DNA from: Tubiluchus corallicola
Lineage: Eukaryota > Animalia > Priapulida
NCBI GenBank assembly: GCA_030141605.1
Contig: JAQGDQ010000103.1
Coordinates: forward strand, 496,001 to 560,000
DNA length: 64,000 bases
Direction: 5' to 3'
Both the position numbers and the translations under genes were made by a program. The notes below the pieces were generated by a model. The model had not been told where the DNA came from, did not search any database, and saw nothing but the letters and a program-made list of their open reading frames with translations. Numbering within the stretch: position 1 is the first letter of the stretch; every line of letters begins with the position of its first letter. Below, piece by piece: positions 1 through 13,396 of the stretch.

Positions 1-156
1 ACCTGCTTCTGAAATCTTTCTTAGAAATGTAAAGTTCAGCTTCGCATTGTTATTCAGTAGTAAACGCAAGGTACTTGGTCCAGGCTCAAGCTTTTGGACG
101 CCCGGAAATTATGGTTCGTCATGTAATTTGACAATGCTGTTACAATGCAGACCTCA

Positions 157-231
157 CAGGCAAACCATACGAGGAAACTATACAGGGAAGCCATACAGGG
201 AAGCCATAAAGGGAAGCTATATAGGGATGCC
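157..231. repeat. short 14-bp tandem repeat (GGGAAGCCATACAG-like, ~5 copies)
   Basis: ggaaactatacag/ggaagccatacag/ggaagccataaag/ggaagctatatag read directly. Confidence 0.7.
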
Positions 232-849
232 AACCGATTGCAGACGAAAATTGAATCACTTTTAATATACGTGACGAGCTTCACGTTTATTCATTTAAAT
301 TTACACATAATATTATAAACAGCAAGCTTTAGTAATAACGATTTGAAATTAAAAAAATTACATCTGAAATAAATTACATTTCATATTTTAGTAACGCAAA
401 CGAAATTGGCTTCATTTAATAAGTAATCTGATTGTAATCATTATTACTCTTTACTGCAGAGGGTAGCATGAGGCCCAATGATTTGTTGGTAACTCAATAG
501 CACCCACATAATTATATTGTTACTCGTAATAAATTGTTTGATCAATATTATGTTCTGGTTTAAGTAGCCATGTTAAAAGTGAAGATTGTTAAGAGACGGT
601 AATCTACTAGTTGGGTGGCCAGGGTACCATCTCAGAAAGTTGGGTAAAAGTGTTTGAGGGCATGTCTACGTATCCAGACGTGGCTAAAGCAACCAAGTTC
701 CTTATCTAACGTCCTTATCTAGCTATCATCCTTGATAACTGGATAAGATGCAGTACTGCCGTAATCATCTACATTAAGAAAACTTTACGATTAAGTGCTA
801 GATTGTGGCTTCCAGACTGAACATACATAATGCTAGCACTTATCAATTT

Positions 850-1162
850 ACCATTAACCAACAGCACATGTTGTATACGGCAAACATTAATGAATTGTAC
901 ATGTTGTGTGAGGCTAACATTAATCAATGCATATTGTGTGAGGTAAACATTAATAAACTGTGCACGTCGTATGGGGCAAACATTAATCAACTGCACATGT
1001 TGTATGGGCGAACATTGATCAACAACCGATGTTCGACAATATCAAACATTAACCAACTGCACATGTTCTATAAGGCAAACATTAGTCAACTATGCATGTT
1101 GTGTGAGGCAAACGTTAATAAACAGTGCATGTTCTGGGGGAAACATTAACCAACTGCCCATG
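850..1162. repeat. ~33-bp minisatellite (~9-10 diverged copies)
   Basis: AACATT anchor recurs at 883, 916, 946, 979, 1011, 1045, 1078 and 1142 (AACGTT at 1111); explains ORFs 769-996 and 805-1149. Confidence 0.85.
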
Positions 1163-2574
1163 TCCTCGTAGTTGCCAACTTTCTACCACACAAGTGGCTT
1201 TCTTTTGATATTTATTTTTGTCTCAATCTTCATTTCATAATCATTTTAACACAATGTCCTGTGCCTTATTCTAAGATAAGCTTGTGTACATTGAAGCTGA
1301 GGCGCATGTTGGTTACTGAAACACATAATCTTGAGAAAATCACTTTCAAAATTTGCATCAGATTAATAATAGGAGTAGAAATTGCTTTATACTATGCTAC
1401 ATGGCAAAAATTCTCAGCACATAAATGGTGAGCAGGAATATTGCAACTTGATCACAGATCACATCACGTACTTCCTGCCGGAAAAAGTGTAAATGGTGTT
1501 CAGCAAAGGTTGAACAAATAACTACACTATTATGAACAGGTATTAATATACCACTAGCGGCTAGATAAGGCCATAATATAACTCAGTTTGAGTTTTACGT
1601 GTTTCAGCTTTGATTAACAGTTTACTATAGATAAATGTTGAGCTACTATTACGAATAGGTAGTGTAAGTGCTGCGGGATGGGAAAGACACATACCCGTCC
1701 TTCAACAAGTGCTTATGTTGGAAACTAGGTTGTCGCCACATTTCATTTCGACGGCTTCAGTCGGCACTTTTTTCGCTATGTAGTGAAGACGTTTGCTCTG
1801 TACGTTTTACCTGTTGACTATGTAATTTGCTACAATTTGGCATCTAGCATTTTGTAATACTTGGAACAGTTTGCTTAATCCGTTATGCTGTTACCACTGT
1901 GCACGTGGACGGTTAGACTGAATATCACCGCATAAATTTACCTGGCTCCAGCCTCTGAGGAGCTAAACCATTCTCGATGTTACCTCACCTACCTCATCTA
2001 CTGGACAGTGCAGACTTCGTTCGAGTCTTCATTGCAGTGACGTCACCATGACTTATGCGGCATGCCAAGATGTTAATGGTCAGTGAATCATCTCAGTGCG
2101 AACAGGTTTTTCGGTGCACCTCCGGGGAAAGGGTAATTAGTGAGTACTTAGTATATTAGATCTTTATTTGTTTATCTTTAGTTTGACTTTGCCTTATATT
2201 TGTTTTTTCCATGTTTGGTAAACAACACTATGTCTAACAAGTTTTACAATGATTTGAAAGTTTGTTGTTATAATGTGGTTTGGGTTTGTTTTATCTAAAG
2301 CACGGCTACGTTCTAGTGATTAGGTATAGTCCTGTTGTCTGACAGACTGTCTTTGAAAGTATTTTTAATTTTAAACCAAACAGGAGTGCAGCACTCTGAT
2401 TGATTTTGAAAATATCTTTCTGATCATCGCAAATTTGTTCGTTAAATATTGATCCTCATTATACACAAAAATATGTGTTTTTGGAGTTATTCTTTTTGTG
2501 AATGTTAAGAAGTAAAAAATATTTAAATAGCAAAAATATCATTTTACACTTTGCTAAACACAATATGAACAACT

Positions 2575-2660
2575 CAAGGCCGATTCTTAAGATCCCACTC
2601 GCGATTCGAACCCACATCTTTTGTCTCAAGGTACGCTCCAAGGTAGAGGTACCTATGCTA
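2575..2660 (-). mobile_element. degenerate tRNA-derived SINE-like head
   Basis: Reverse strand has a pol III B-box GGGTTCGAATC; A-box is poor. Confidence 0.3.
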
Positions 2661-4912
2661 ATTCATTTAGTTTCTAAACTACAAGCATCTGTGCACTACT
2701 ACCTCACCGCTAGGCTAGGTGTACTAGTTTGGGAATTGTTGGAGTAAATCTGGTTTAAATAGAGAACAGAAAACCAACAAATAAATCCGGCGTCACATAC
2801 ACTAGTGTGTAGTTCTATTAGAAATATCAGAAATATGATTCTTTTACCAGAAATTGCTGTTTTTGCGCCGTTCTGTGGCACAGGCATCCAGTTTTTGTGC
2901 ACACTATATTTCTGCATAAACTTGTGAAAGGTTATCCTTTGTTAGTTACAATGTGCAATAATCTATATAAGCCATTATAGTTTTTTGTGTTACAAAAAAT
3001 TAAAAACACGTTCTCCGTTAGTGCCTCAATGTTTTAAGCATGTTTGTGCGAAATCGCAAATGCTGTTATACCTGTTTGAAAAACGATAATATAGGTGACG
3101 CAGGGGCATAATATACGACTTTGCTTAATTCTTCGCCTAAAAATCATTAGATTCTGGAATTAATACACAATACCACATTGTGCTTTTCAAATTTCATGAA
3201 AAGAGGTGATTTGAAGTTATTACTGCTTCAGCTGATTAAAGAAAATCAAGATGATTTTTCATATCCTTCATCGGTTTGAAGTACGGAATTAGTGATGTCA
3301 TCACAACTGAACATAATATTCGGTTGTTCAAATGGCGTTGTTCAAATTTAAAGACGGTAAAAAATCAAATGAAACAAATTTTGCAGTAAGTCCCTAGTAA
3401 AATAATTCTAATATTCTTGTTCACCGTAACATTTTAAGCTGTAAAAGCTTATATTATGACGAAGGTTTAGTTTGACTTTTATGCTCCCAACGTGATTGCT
3501 TGGCTAGAAAGTTAAGCAGCACATAGTCTGGCTATTAAATGAAAGTAATGAATAAAACCTCAAGATAAACTGCTTCTGAGCTGACGGTTGCTTTCGCCAT
3601 GCTGCTCCGGCTATTTTTCTTGTTGAAGGAGCGTTGATAGGCAACCGGGTGAAGGTAAGTCGCCTCTGCCGCCCACTCCCCCCGCCCCCCACAAACACCG
3701 AACATTAAGCAATAAGTTCTGATAGGGTTAAGTAATGAGTGCTAGGCTAAATATGTTATACATTGTCAACGTGATGATTTTCGCACTTTTAGAATTAGTA
3801 AAATCTTAAAAATCATTTAAATGATAAACGTATGGATGATGCTCGAAGACTGAATGATTATGAGTCAAAGCAAGGTGTATACTGTAATATAAATCCTGTT
3901 TTAGAAGTGTATGATAACAGTATACCATGTTCGTATGATAACAGTGTACTAGTGGAACATTACCGTATCATATTTTCTCGCAATCGTGTGGGCAACCATC
4001 ACCTGCGTATTTAACAAGTCGATGGTCAAGAATTAGAACAGAATTTGTCATTTATACGATACTAATGAAATCCAGACATTAATTGCTTTGTGTCTAATTA
4101 TGAACAGTTACTGTATGTAATAAGCCATGCAATTTTGTTTTGCCTAGAAATTGAATAATATATTATTGATGGGTCACATTTAAAGAAAAGGTGTTTCGAT
4201 TAATAATGTTATACTTTTAATTGGAGAGAAGCGCTGTATATATAAAGTATAACATTATTAATCTAAACACCTTTATGTTTACAGGCATAATAACGCCGTA
4301 CGTTTTTATATAAGCTAAATATTATTGAAAAAATGGGTCAACGAAAGAAACTTTCTCACCCCTGCTGTTTTAACTAAAAAGCTAAAATTGAAATGTTTTC
4401 TTACCTTTTGTGTTATTAATGGCTTCATATAAGCCAGCAACGAGTTTCAGTGAAAGAGCTAGAACGATAAGTGGCAGAATTTGCTGTCTTGTTTCAGCCA
4501 TCACCTTCCTAATGATGTGGATTTCAACACTTCGTCTTATAAGATACTTTTTTCCGATACAACGCTCACGCATGCGCGGTTTAATTGAAAGTACGTGCAT
4601 CCGAGTCCCAGCTTTCTTTAATTAATAAGCCTAATTAAAGGCTGAGTACAACAGAAAAGCGCATTGTTGCTGTATTAAAAACCCGCGGGTTACATGAAAT
4701 GCCATAAAAACTATTAGTTTTGTCTGATAGGTCTGAATACTATTTCTAAGTCTGATAAGCGAGATAAGAGAAAGCAATAAATGTTTTTGCCCAAAAAGTA
4801 GCCTGAATCTAACTATATATTAAATCTCTAGGTATCCGTAAATAAATATATCTGGAGAATTAGTATCTGGACTACCCCAATCCCGCAAAAGAATTTTGCG
4901 CATAAACCCACT

Positions 4913-5160
4913 ATGACAACTCACACCACTCATGCCATACACGCCACAGCACATACACTACATTACACTACACCACCTAGCAACACCACTCACACCGCAC
5001 CACCCACACACAACACCAAAGTACAGCTACCACACCACACCATCCACAGTACACTACACCACATCACACCCACCACGTTACATGATGATGATGATGACGA
5101 TGAAGACGATGATGATGATGATTATTACATTGACGATGACGAACACCAACATTAGCAACA
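4913..5160. repeat. low-complexity CAC-rich tract followed by (GAT)n
   Basis: Seen directly; gives the spurious His/Thr/Asp ORFs. Confidence 0.85.
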
Positions 5161-5193
5161 TAACAGCATAGTGAAGCCACGCAAAACAATTTT

Positions 5194-5367
5194 TTAAAGG
5201 AAAACCGGACCCAATTTTAAACCATAGCTCAAAATAATCTAACAGTAACCTATTGAAAGGAACATACTATTTTTCAAAGAATAACTTAAGTAAAAGAGTA
5301 ATTACTGCAGAAACCTAATTTCGCCTTAGCGCGGCTATCCTTGCGCACATGTCGCCATTCGCTAATT
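5194..5367 (+). mobile_element. dispersed repeat family A, copy 1 (Kolobok-like non-autonomous element, 5' part)
   Basis: TTAA|AGGAAAACCGGACCCAATTTTAAAC...TTGAAAGGAACATACTATTTT shared with 19880, 46899 and 49358; TTAA followed by an AG terminus fits Kolobok (inference). Confidence 0.65.
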
Positions 5368-6396
5368 TTAAGATTGATGTTTATTATTTATAAAAACGTT
5401 GAGTGGTCTTGAAAGTCTCACAATGATTATTTATTTATTGCTTGTATATTTGCTATGTTTATAAACCGCCAAATTTTGTAAACGTCACTCACAGGTTACC
5501 ATCACAGTCTGTTCAGGTATGTTAATCTATTCTATTCTGGCAAGCGCAATTATATTACTATTTTTCCTTTGAATGTCCTGATTTCACTCTGGTACATACT
5601 ATTTTAACATTCTGTCTGTAATTAGGGGGAATTAATGAAGAAATAAAGAAATAATCATTGGGAACTGTAAAAGGCATTCAACGTTTTTATGTTTAGGTGA
5701 CAAATCTCAGGAAAGCTCTCATATTTAAGTCTTAATTTTTATTACATTAATTATAATGGTGTTGTCGCCTGACTAATTTCAGCAACAACAGCAGCAGTTA
5801 CCCTCTTTTTCATTCTACCGATTTATTCGCTCTACCGACATATTTATGAAACGAGCCAAATTTGGAAAATTTGGATAATTTATTATTTTCTTGTACAACA
5901 TGGGCTCATTGAAAATATAATGACTTCAGTTGTGTGTTCCATTGCAGAGGAGAAAATATTTTTCAGAAGTTCTACATTTAGAATGCTGTCACGTTTACTT
6001 GCTATTTTACTTGCTACTATTATTATTGAATTATATAACCATTATGTTAATTATATTTATCAAACATGATTACCCCCAAGAATATTTAACAAGAATTTGA
6101 ATTTCATTTGAAGCCTGTTTTTCAGTCCGAAGATAGAAATAATTGGCTACTGATTACTGATTAGTTGTTGCATATCTACAAATTTATCACATATTTCAGC
6201 AAAATTTTCATAAGGTGTTGGATGTATGATATGATAGTGAATTTCGTTTATTATTTTGTAAATTTTTAGAAGCAACAACAATAACAACAACGACGACTAC
6301 AACAACAAAACAACAACAGCAACCACCACCACCACAACAACATTAAGCAACATGAATATGCTTTTTATTTTCCGGAACAGATCGAAGGTAAAATCC

Positions 6397-6588
6397 CGCC
6401 ACCTTGCTGAGAGTAATTTTTCTAGTCTGAACACTCCCGCAAGATATGTTGCGAGTTTTGCTGAGTGTCAGTTCGCGCTTACTGTCGGAAAGTTACTCGC
6501 AGCAAGTCTTGCTCTTTTGTCTGAACACGTTTGCGAGTTACTTGCAAGTTACGTTGCGAAACAACTCGCGACTCTGAACGCGCCGTAA
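6397..6588. mobile_element. Harbinger-like MITE fragment (right end)
   Basis: Ends TCTGAACGCGCCGTAA, similar to the TIR of the MITE at 45722-45909; internal TTGCGAG/CTCGCA repeats. Confidence 0.4.
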
Positions 6589-7618
6589 TGTACAAACGAA
6601 TCCACCGCAAACAGTGTACATTAGATGTATCTGCCCCAACAAACAATGCACATTATACATATTTCACGAAAAATGTATCCTACATCTTTACAGCAATCGC
6701 TTTCCATTATTTTCTTATACAGACACAAAAAACAAGTATGACGTACCGGACCCAAACACCTTAGTGCTTCCATTCGAGTTTTTACATTTTAGAGTGCTTT
6801 TTCACTGTACGATTTAGGAAGTAGGGGCCTACAGCGAATGGAAGAAAATTTCTGCAAGACATTATTAGAGTCGATTCGATGACACTCTAACAATTTTTTG
6901 TGTAAGCACGTACGAAATTCGAGTCACACATTTTACTTGTAAAATGACAAAGACACAATCTTACACATAATTTACGATAAAAATGCTTCATTGCGTGGCA
7001 TTGCAGCGCAAACTAACAAGTACATTTTTGCAACTAACTGACTTGGAGGTATTCTGTCTGAAGTAATTTACAAAATAGACGTTCATGCGTGCTCTCATTC
7101 AGTATTGTATTTCAGTACTGAGAAACCAATTTTACAACTAACTAAAGATACAGATTTTGTTTTAATTTAGGGCTCATAATACCATATTTACCTCTATTTA
7201 CAAACACGCGAAAAAATTTTGATAAAACAGACTAAAATTACTAACCGCACATTTAAAATATATATTAAAAATACCTTGCCTAAAAATTTACCATTTAAAT
7301 CATCACGTAATATCTTTCGCCAAGTTTTATAACTATATAAAAGGAAAATAGTAAGCTAATTTCTGAACACCACATGGCCCTTTAGTCGCATTTTATCCTT
7401 GACTTAACAAGTCAGGCGTGTTCTCATACCCCGGAATATTGTCATTTGGCATACGTTTCGCTGAAGCAGTATGTGTGTGTGCAGCAGTGATGTAGCAAAT
7501 ATTACAAAGAGCTACTTACAAATAGTACAGTCATAATTAAGTTGTAAAGGATATACTGTGCAACTAGTTAACATGGGTTAAAAGAACTAAATTACAAAAG
7601 AAACACCAATTAATGTAG

Positions 7619-8494
7619 ATGACGACGCGAAGAAATATAGTTAAAACGCTTTCAAAAATTTCTATTAGCGCAGGTGTAGCGAGCTGTTTTTCACTAATAT
7701 TATTCATGGCACCAAACCAAGAATTTCTTCCAAGCGCGACATCGTTAGCTCAAGATAAGTGCCTAATTAATGGTAAATATTACAACTATGTGTTTCCCGG
7801 GGAGATGGAAATTGATGAAAACTATAATACCCGCCTGCTTATTATGGTAAATTCGAAGTCAAATGATTATGAGGCACGAGTGGTTGTACGAAATACTTGG
7901 GGCGGCTACATACAGTCAATGGCTGACACAAAAGTAATATTTGTTGCCTGAAAAGACGCCGATGATGAAGGTGCCAAACCACTTTTACATGAAATGGTAA
8001 AATACAACGACTTACTGGTGGTAGATATTAATGAAGATTACCGTAATTTAGTGACTAAAAGTTTAGTAATGTTGCATGCTGCTAGCACAAGATACAAAAG
8101 AGTGCAGTTTTTGATGAAATGTGACACCGATGTTTTCATCAATCCAAAGTTTTTATCTTATCACGTTAAGCAACTAAAGAGTGATACTATTTCCGGAAAC
8201 ATTGTGTACAACGCCGTACCGCAAAGAAACGCTTCCAAACGGAATTTTATTTCACAAACAGAATGGTCTAAACTCCGTTTACCAACGTTTGCAACTGGTG
8301 GTGGATACATTATAAGCATGAATTTGGTACGGAAATTGTATCTTGCGTCTATGTATCATTTGCCAGTTCCAGCTGAAGACGTCTACGTCACTGGAATCCT
8401 GCCAACGCGGATAGGCATCAGAAATATACCCACTTACGCACCCATCAACCATTTAGTAATAAACAAGCCAATTTCTTATGAGGACATTAATTAA
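7619..8494 (+). pseudogene. intronless GT31-family beta-1,3-galactosyltransferase-like gene with an in-frame TGA at 7949-7951
   Basis: ORFs 7619-7951 and 7994-8494 are in the same frame (42-nt gap, KDADDEGAKPLLHE). N-terminal TM anchor; motifs RxxVRNTWG, EDYRNLVTK, FLMKCDTDVFIN (DxD), GGGYIIS, EDVYVTG. The stop sits at the Gly of the conserved F(V/L)xG. Confidence 0.85.
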
Positions 8495-8545
8495 AAATTG
8501 CATATTTGCCCACCCGATTTTGGTGCACCAGCAATTCAAAATGAA

Positions 8546-11005
8546 TTTATTTATCTCTAGGTAGGAACTACAATGAAGATCGACAAAATACAAAAATATG
8601 CTTTTCGTGAACTTCCTTTAGATACAAAAAACCTTCAGTCTGATAGCTTAAAAACCCACATTTAGGAGCCAACAAAAAATAACTAGAACCTTTACAAGGT
8701 CGTGACATAGCGTCGATGAGCACTGTGCCGTTTTTTAAGTTCGCGACGTTCATTAGTGGGAATAGAAATCTGATAAGAAATAATAACATCATAAGATTAT
8801 TGCAGATCTTATTATATAATACCATATCATATAAGGTTATGATCTTATTATATGTTATTATGTTATTATATCTTATTAAGGTCATTATGTAAGACCATAA
8901 GAAATAATACGATTTTCGCACATCTTATTATATAATACCAATAAATGTCATATTAAAAAGACTCTCATTATTGGGGGGGGGGGATTTGATAGGAAACAAC
9001 AACATCAACGAAGCAGTTAACATAGCCATGAAATTTATTTGGGCTGTTTTACCTGTCTTAGCAGCTATTCCCAGCAGATCAAAACCTACAAACAAAAATA
9101 GGATGGATGTACCATGAGAGACAAAAGCAGCAGAGGATCATGCAGTATAAACAAGCACGGCCTATAACAAAAAGTCCTACAGAAGCCACACTGTTTGTGC
9201 AGTGAGAGATCACCACAAATTATGTACATACAGAAATTTTTTTATTAATTCTTAGATAATTTTTAGGAATTTGGCTTTTATTGTATCTATGATTAAATTG
9301 CCTTCAACACTTGCAGGACAGTGTTCTCCAATGTGTAAGAACTTTGAGATAATGAAATTATAGGGTTTGGAATACACAAATCAAACGGTACAATATCTGT
9401 GCAAAACTGTTGTGACACAAGGAGCAAAATCGTATTTATTATAAAACATTTGAGTGTGTGTTAAATGAGAATAGATTAGATGTTTTCCATTTTCAAAAAC
9501 TGAACTTGCGTTTTTTTCATGAAGCGTCATATCGGTAATTTAACACGAGAAAATATGGTCTATGCTCGCGGACGGATTAACCATTAGGCTAATAAGGCTA
9601 TAGTCTTAAGCCCTAAATTTTGATCATCATAGTCGATGATCAATAGACAAAGATAATGATGTTTAGTAAACAGGATAACAAAATTATTTAAACTGAACAT
9701 GCTAAAGACAATCAGGTAATATATGTTTTCCTTTTTTGTGCTTTGCTATTAAACACTTGAGTGATCACGCCTATATTGTACAGAAAGTATCCCCTTTTCA
9801 CTGTAATCCCACACATTTGTACACAGGATACTTCCCACAGAACATTTCGACTCAGGTAGTCTTGACTACAATGGCAACTAGGGCATGTCTGTTATTGGAC
9901 ACATAGGTAATTTGGGCACATGGATCATTTTGATAAGGTATTATGACGAAGTTTTACGCGCGAAACTATTAAATTTTAAACGTCTAAAAGTTAACAAAAT
10001 GCCATCTTATTTGGTGTAAGGTAAGCAGTGTTAGCTTTTTGATTTGAGAGCCATAACTTCCTCGTTGCTTTCCGGCCGCTGGTACCCAGGCCACACGAAT
10101 CGAAAAGCAAGGATGATCAGTGGTCGAACGACTAAGTTGCTTTCATACATTGCTTGAATCGCATAATGCACAGCAATAAAGTTCATATATTCATGGACTT
10201 CTGGTTTGTAATGTTGGATTATAAGCAAAATATAGGCTGGTGTAGATAAAATGACAGATGCTAAAGAAATGAGTGCGGCGCCGACGCAACGTTTAGTGGT
10301 GTATTCGTAACTGTAGTCATCATTGCTCTTTCTGACCAATTTGCTGATAATGGTGAACAACCACAGTACGAGAAGTGCTACGACCGGTAACACCAGGTTA
10401 ACCAAAAATGGTACAAATGACATTAGAGTCTGGGATACGTTTTCCCACATCCAAGCGCAAATTGTCTGTATTTCGGAAGTGCTAATTTCGTCAGTTATCA
10501 CTTTCGCTCTAAATAGTACAAAGCTGAACACGGCAGCACCAATGATCCACAAAGCAAGCATGACCAGTGCATACCACCAGCGCAACGATGTTTTCCTGGT
10601 AAGGGCTACAAGCAGTTTATCTGCAACTAAAACAACGATGGAATAATCAGAGACGAACGAATGAATGCAGTGGCCAATATAAATGGAAGCTTTGCATGTG
10701 GAGTCGCTGAATTGCCACAAATGTTCATTCAGGAAGGTGCATACAAGTAGTGACAGAAACACAGTTGCAATCAGGTCGCATACGGCCATGTTTGTAACAA
10801 TGATTCCTGTGTTAGTGAGAGTTTTCTTTGTCAAGATCCACATAAAATGAACAATGATGACTGCAAGGTTTAAACAAATGCCTAGAACCGTTATGATGAT
10901 AAAAATGGCGACATAAGCTATGTCAGTTTTACCCATCTTGTACTCGTGATGAGGTGTGCCGAAATTGCTAAAGCTGATATTTACGTAATAATCTATCATC
11001 TTTCC
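8546..11005. repeat. segmental duplication, copy 1 (partner 15878-18363)
   Basis: Colinear, highly similar sequence from tttatttatctctagg to atctatcatctttcc in both copies. Confidence 0.95.
10031..10999 (-). CDS. intronless class A (rhodopsin-like) orphan GPCR, copy 1
   Basis: Seven hydrophobic segments; TM1 Asn; TM2 NMAVCDL; ECL1 WQFSDSTCK; ECL2 Cys; TM5 LP; first ATG at 10999 (MIDYY). Confidence 0.85.
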   Translation of the reverse strand: MIDYYVNISFSNFGTPHHEYKMGKTDIAYVAIFIIITVLGICLNLAVIIVHFMWILTKKTLTNTGIIVTNMAVCDLIATVFLSLLVCTFLNEHLWQFSDSTCKASIYIGHCIHSFVSDYSIVVLVADKLLVALTRKTSLRWWYALVMLALWIIGAAVFSFVLFRAKVITDEISTSEIQTICAWMWENVSQTLMSFVPFLVNLVLPVVALLVLWLFTIISKLVRKSNDDYSYEYTTKRCVGAALISLASVILSTPAYILLIIQHYKPEVHEYMNFIAVHYAIQAMYESNLVVRPLIILAFRFVWPGYQRPESNEEVMALKSKS

Positions 11006-13396
11006 ATAATTCAAAATGAAAATAAATTAAATATGTCCCTAGGGCACTTTCTCAGCAAGACAACACCGTTAGTTGAGCAAACATTACAATTTACAGAACT
11101 GAAGATAAAACATAAGACGCACTTTATTCCAGACATACATAGAATAGAATAGAAAAATCCATGTAGAATAAAAAAAACTGCTACATAGGTACAAAAGAAG
11201 CCACTACGTCACACACAGAAAATACTACTACACTAAAATTATTTTTACGTATTAAAAAAGGAATATTGCCAAAATACATTTAGTAAGATGTAAAATTCAC
11301 AGACATCTTCTGTATACAGCTGATTTATCCAGCAGTGCTAAATTTTAGATAAAAAGATACAATTAGTGTTAGAAATATCATTTATCAAACCGTTATAGCT
11401 ATTGAAAGACCGCATTTTTAGACTGTAAATATTTCCCCCTAAAATATGTCAAAATAGGATACTTCGAGTACTTCGAAATTAATACACATTCTTCTGGCTC
11501 TTACAATCGAAAGGCTGTTGAAAGTGCATTGCAAAGAGGACATGACCCAGAAACTTTTCACACCTGACTTGCTTGAGTAACGCGTCACCTACGTTAGTAA
11601 TTTGCTCATGCTATCTGGCTTGACCGAAAGTACTTTAGTTTTTTCTGCGTTGATGCAGACATCATTGTCTTTTGCAACCTCATTATAAGTATTAATAATA
11701 TATTACTGAAGAGCAGAACTTGTCGAAGCCAAAAGACAAGCATCAGCATATAACAGGTGATCAACATGCCTTTCACCCAACTGTCATATCATCCTAATTC
11801 GCTTCGACTTCTTCATATCATTTCCGTATTCCTCATTATTACTGCCATTTAATGATACCGGCGATTATGGATAACAATTTTACCACACTAATTAATTAAT
11901 TAGACCAAGATGAATCAAGCAAATTGTAGGTTAAGGCTAAACAGCTTTTGTTGGCTGCACACAGTCGTTGTAATAGTAACCCATTAACCCAGTTATTATG
12001 ATAATCGCTCATGTCAATAGCGATCAGACTGTGATTTTCAAAATGAAGCCTAGGCTCTTCTCCTGTCTGGCTACATAAGCCCTAGAGACCAGTAGACGAA
12101 ATCAAGCCGTGCAAGACTCAACAGGAGCAACTAAGCGATCATAGCTGATAGAAAGAACTGTGTGTGTCGTTTTGCACTTATCAGTCAGTCTATGGTCGAT
12201 TTTTGGAACAGAGAACAGAAGTAGAACAGAAGCACTAATGTGCTTGGATCCGGTACGAATCGTTTGCTCATTTTTTGTAAAATTAATGTCTTCCATAAGA
12301 AAGTTGTGGTAAGTATTTACTGTTGTCCGTAAATACTCCGTTTTTTCATAAAAATTTAGAATACGCATTGTTACTGCAGAACTATTTATGCATTAGCTTA
12401 AAACAAACGCCAAACGATATAATAATGTACAGGGCAGATCCACTTAACGGCATATTTGAGGATCTTACTAAGAAAGTGAAAACTTGGGCTCCACTACAGA
12501 CTACACAATGGTCCGTAGTATCTTCATAAAAAATTTCAGCGTCCTACTACGAAAACTGTGATACCCCTTTAATGTAATTGTGAATGCAACAACATGACGA
12601 AGGATCTCGCACTTCATTCCGGATCCAAAAACGGTTAGCGACAAACAATGCGTACGTGTTTGTGTTGCAATCTAAGCGTCTTTAACATACAAAGAATGCG
12701 ACTGAATGCTTTCACAAACCTAGGTCCGTTTTCCATAGTTTAAAATTCAGCAGCGTACATCTTAACAGTATGATTTCGAGGACGCAATTACTCTGCTTTC
12801 AAAATCTGTAATTATTTTAATTATATAATTATAGTTACTATGAATAAATCAACTGCTATATTTGGACAAAAGCTAACTTGCGCAAACGCTTTTAATTAGT
12901 AATTATTAAGTAGATTTCATAGTTAACCAATTGCCTCACGAATTTGCAATTTTTCAATTACCGCATTTTCACGACAAATGTCCAACAAGAATTGCTTTTC
13001 GCGTGCGTGTTTCAGAGTGTAGAGTACATTGAAAAGGTTCATTAGTGGACTGTGCACAAGCCCAATCTTAAAGCAAAGGCATTTTATCAAAACAGTTAAC
13101 GCTAGCAGTTGTCGATTCGTGATATAAACTACTTCTAAAAAGCTTTTTTTTTATTTTTGACCAGTACAGACTTACTGTTAAATGGCGGATAGTGAACATT
13201 TTTCTCAAAAACATGCTAACAGTTTTCTGCGGGTTAAAATGTAAGCATGCGGGCGAATATATAGTTTTATACGCAAACGTATAAAAATTAATTATGGTAT
13301 AAGATACAAATCTTACGTCGTTTAATCATTTGTTTATTTATTTGTAAAAGTATCCATACATACAATAAAATTTAAATGCATAAAACAATAAAATAT

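Noticed and set aside
1663-2640. Possible solo LTR (TG...CA with AGGTAG repeat, or TGTAAGTGCTGC/GCAGCACT ends at ~2399)
   Set aside because: Two incompatible right ends, one inside a SINE-like head; cannot be supported
7949-7951. Selenocysteine or alternative genetic code reading of the GT31 TGA
   Set aside because: The position is a conserved Gly rather than Cys or Trp, no SECIS was identified, and other genes here use TGG for Trp
8568-9480. ORFs shared by both duplicates (8568-8921/15900-16085; 16315-16803), including a CxxC/CxC patch
   Set aside because: Shared only because of the recent duplication; frames are broken differently in each copy and no family is recognisable
10323-10646. 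Plus-strand ORFs antisense to the GPCRs (also 17693-18004) and to the giant exon
   Set aside because: Shadow ORFs of real coding sequence
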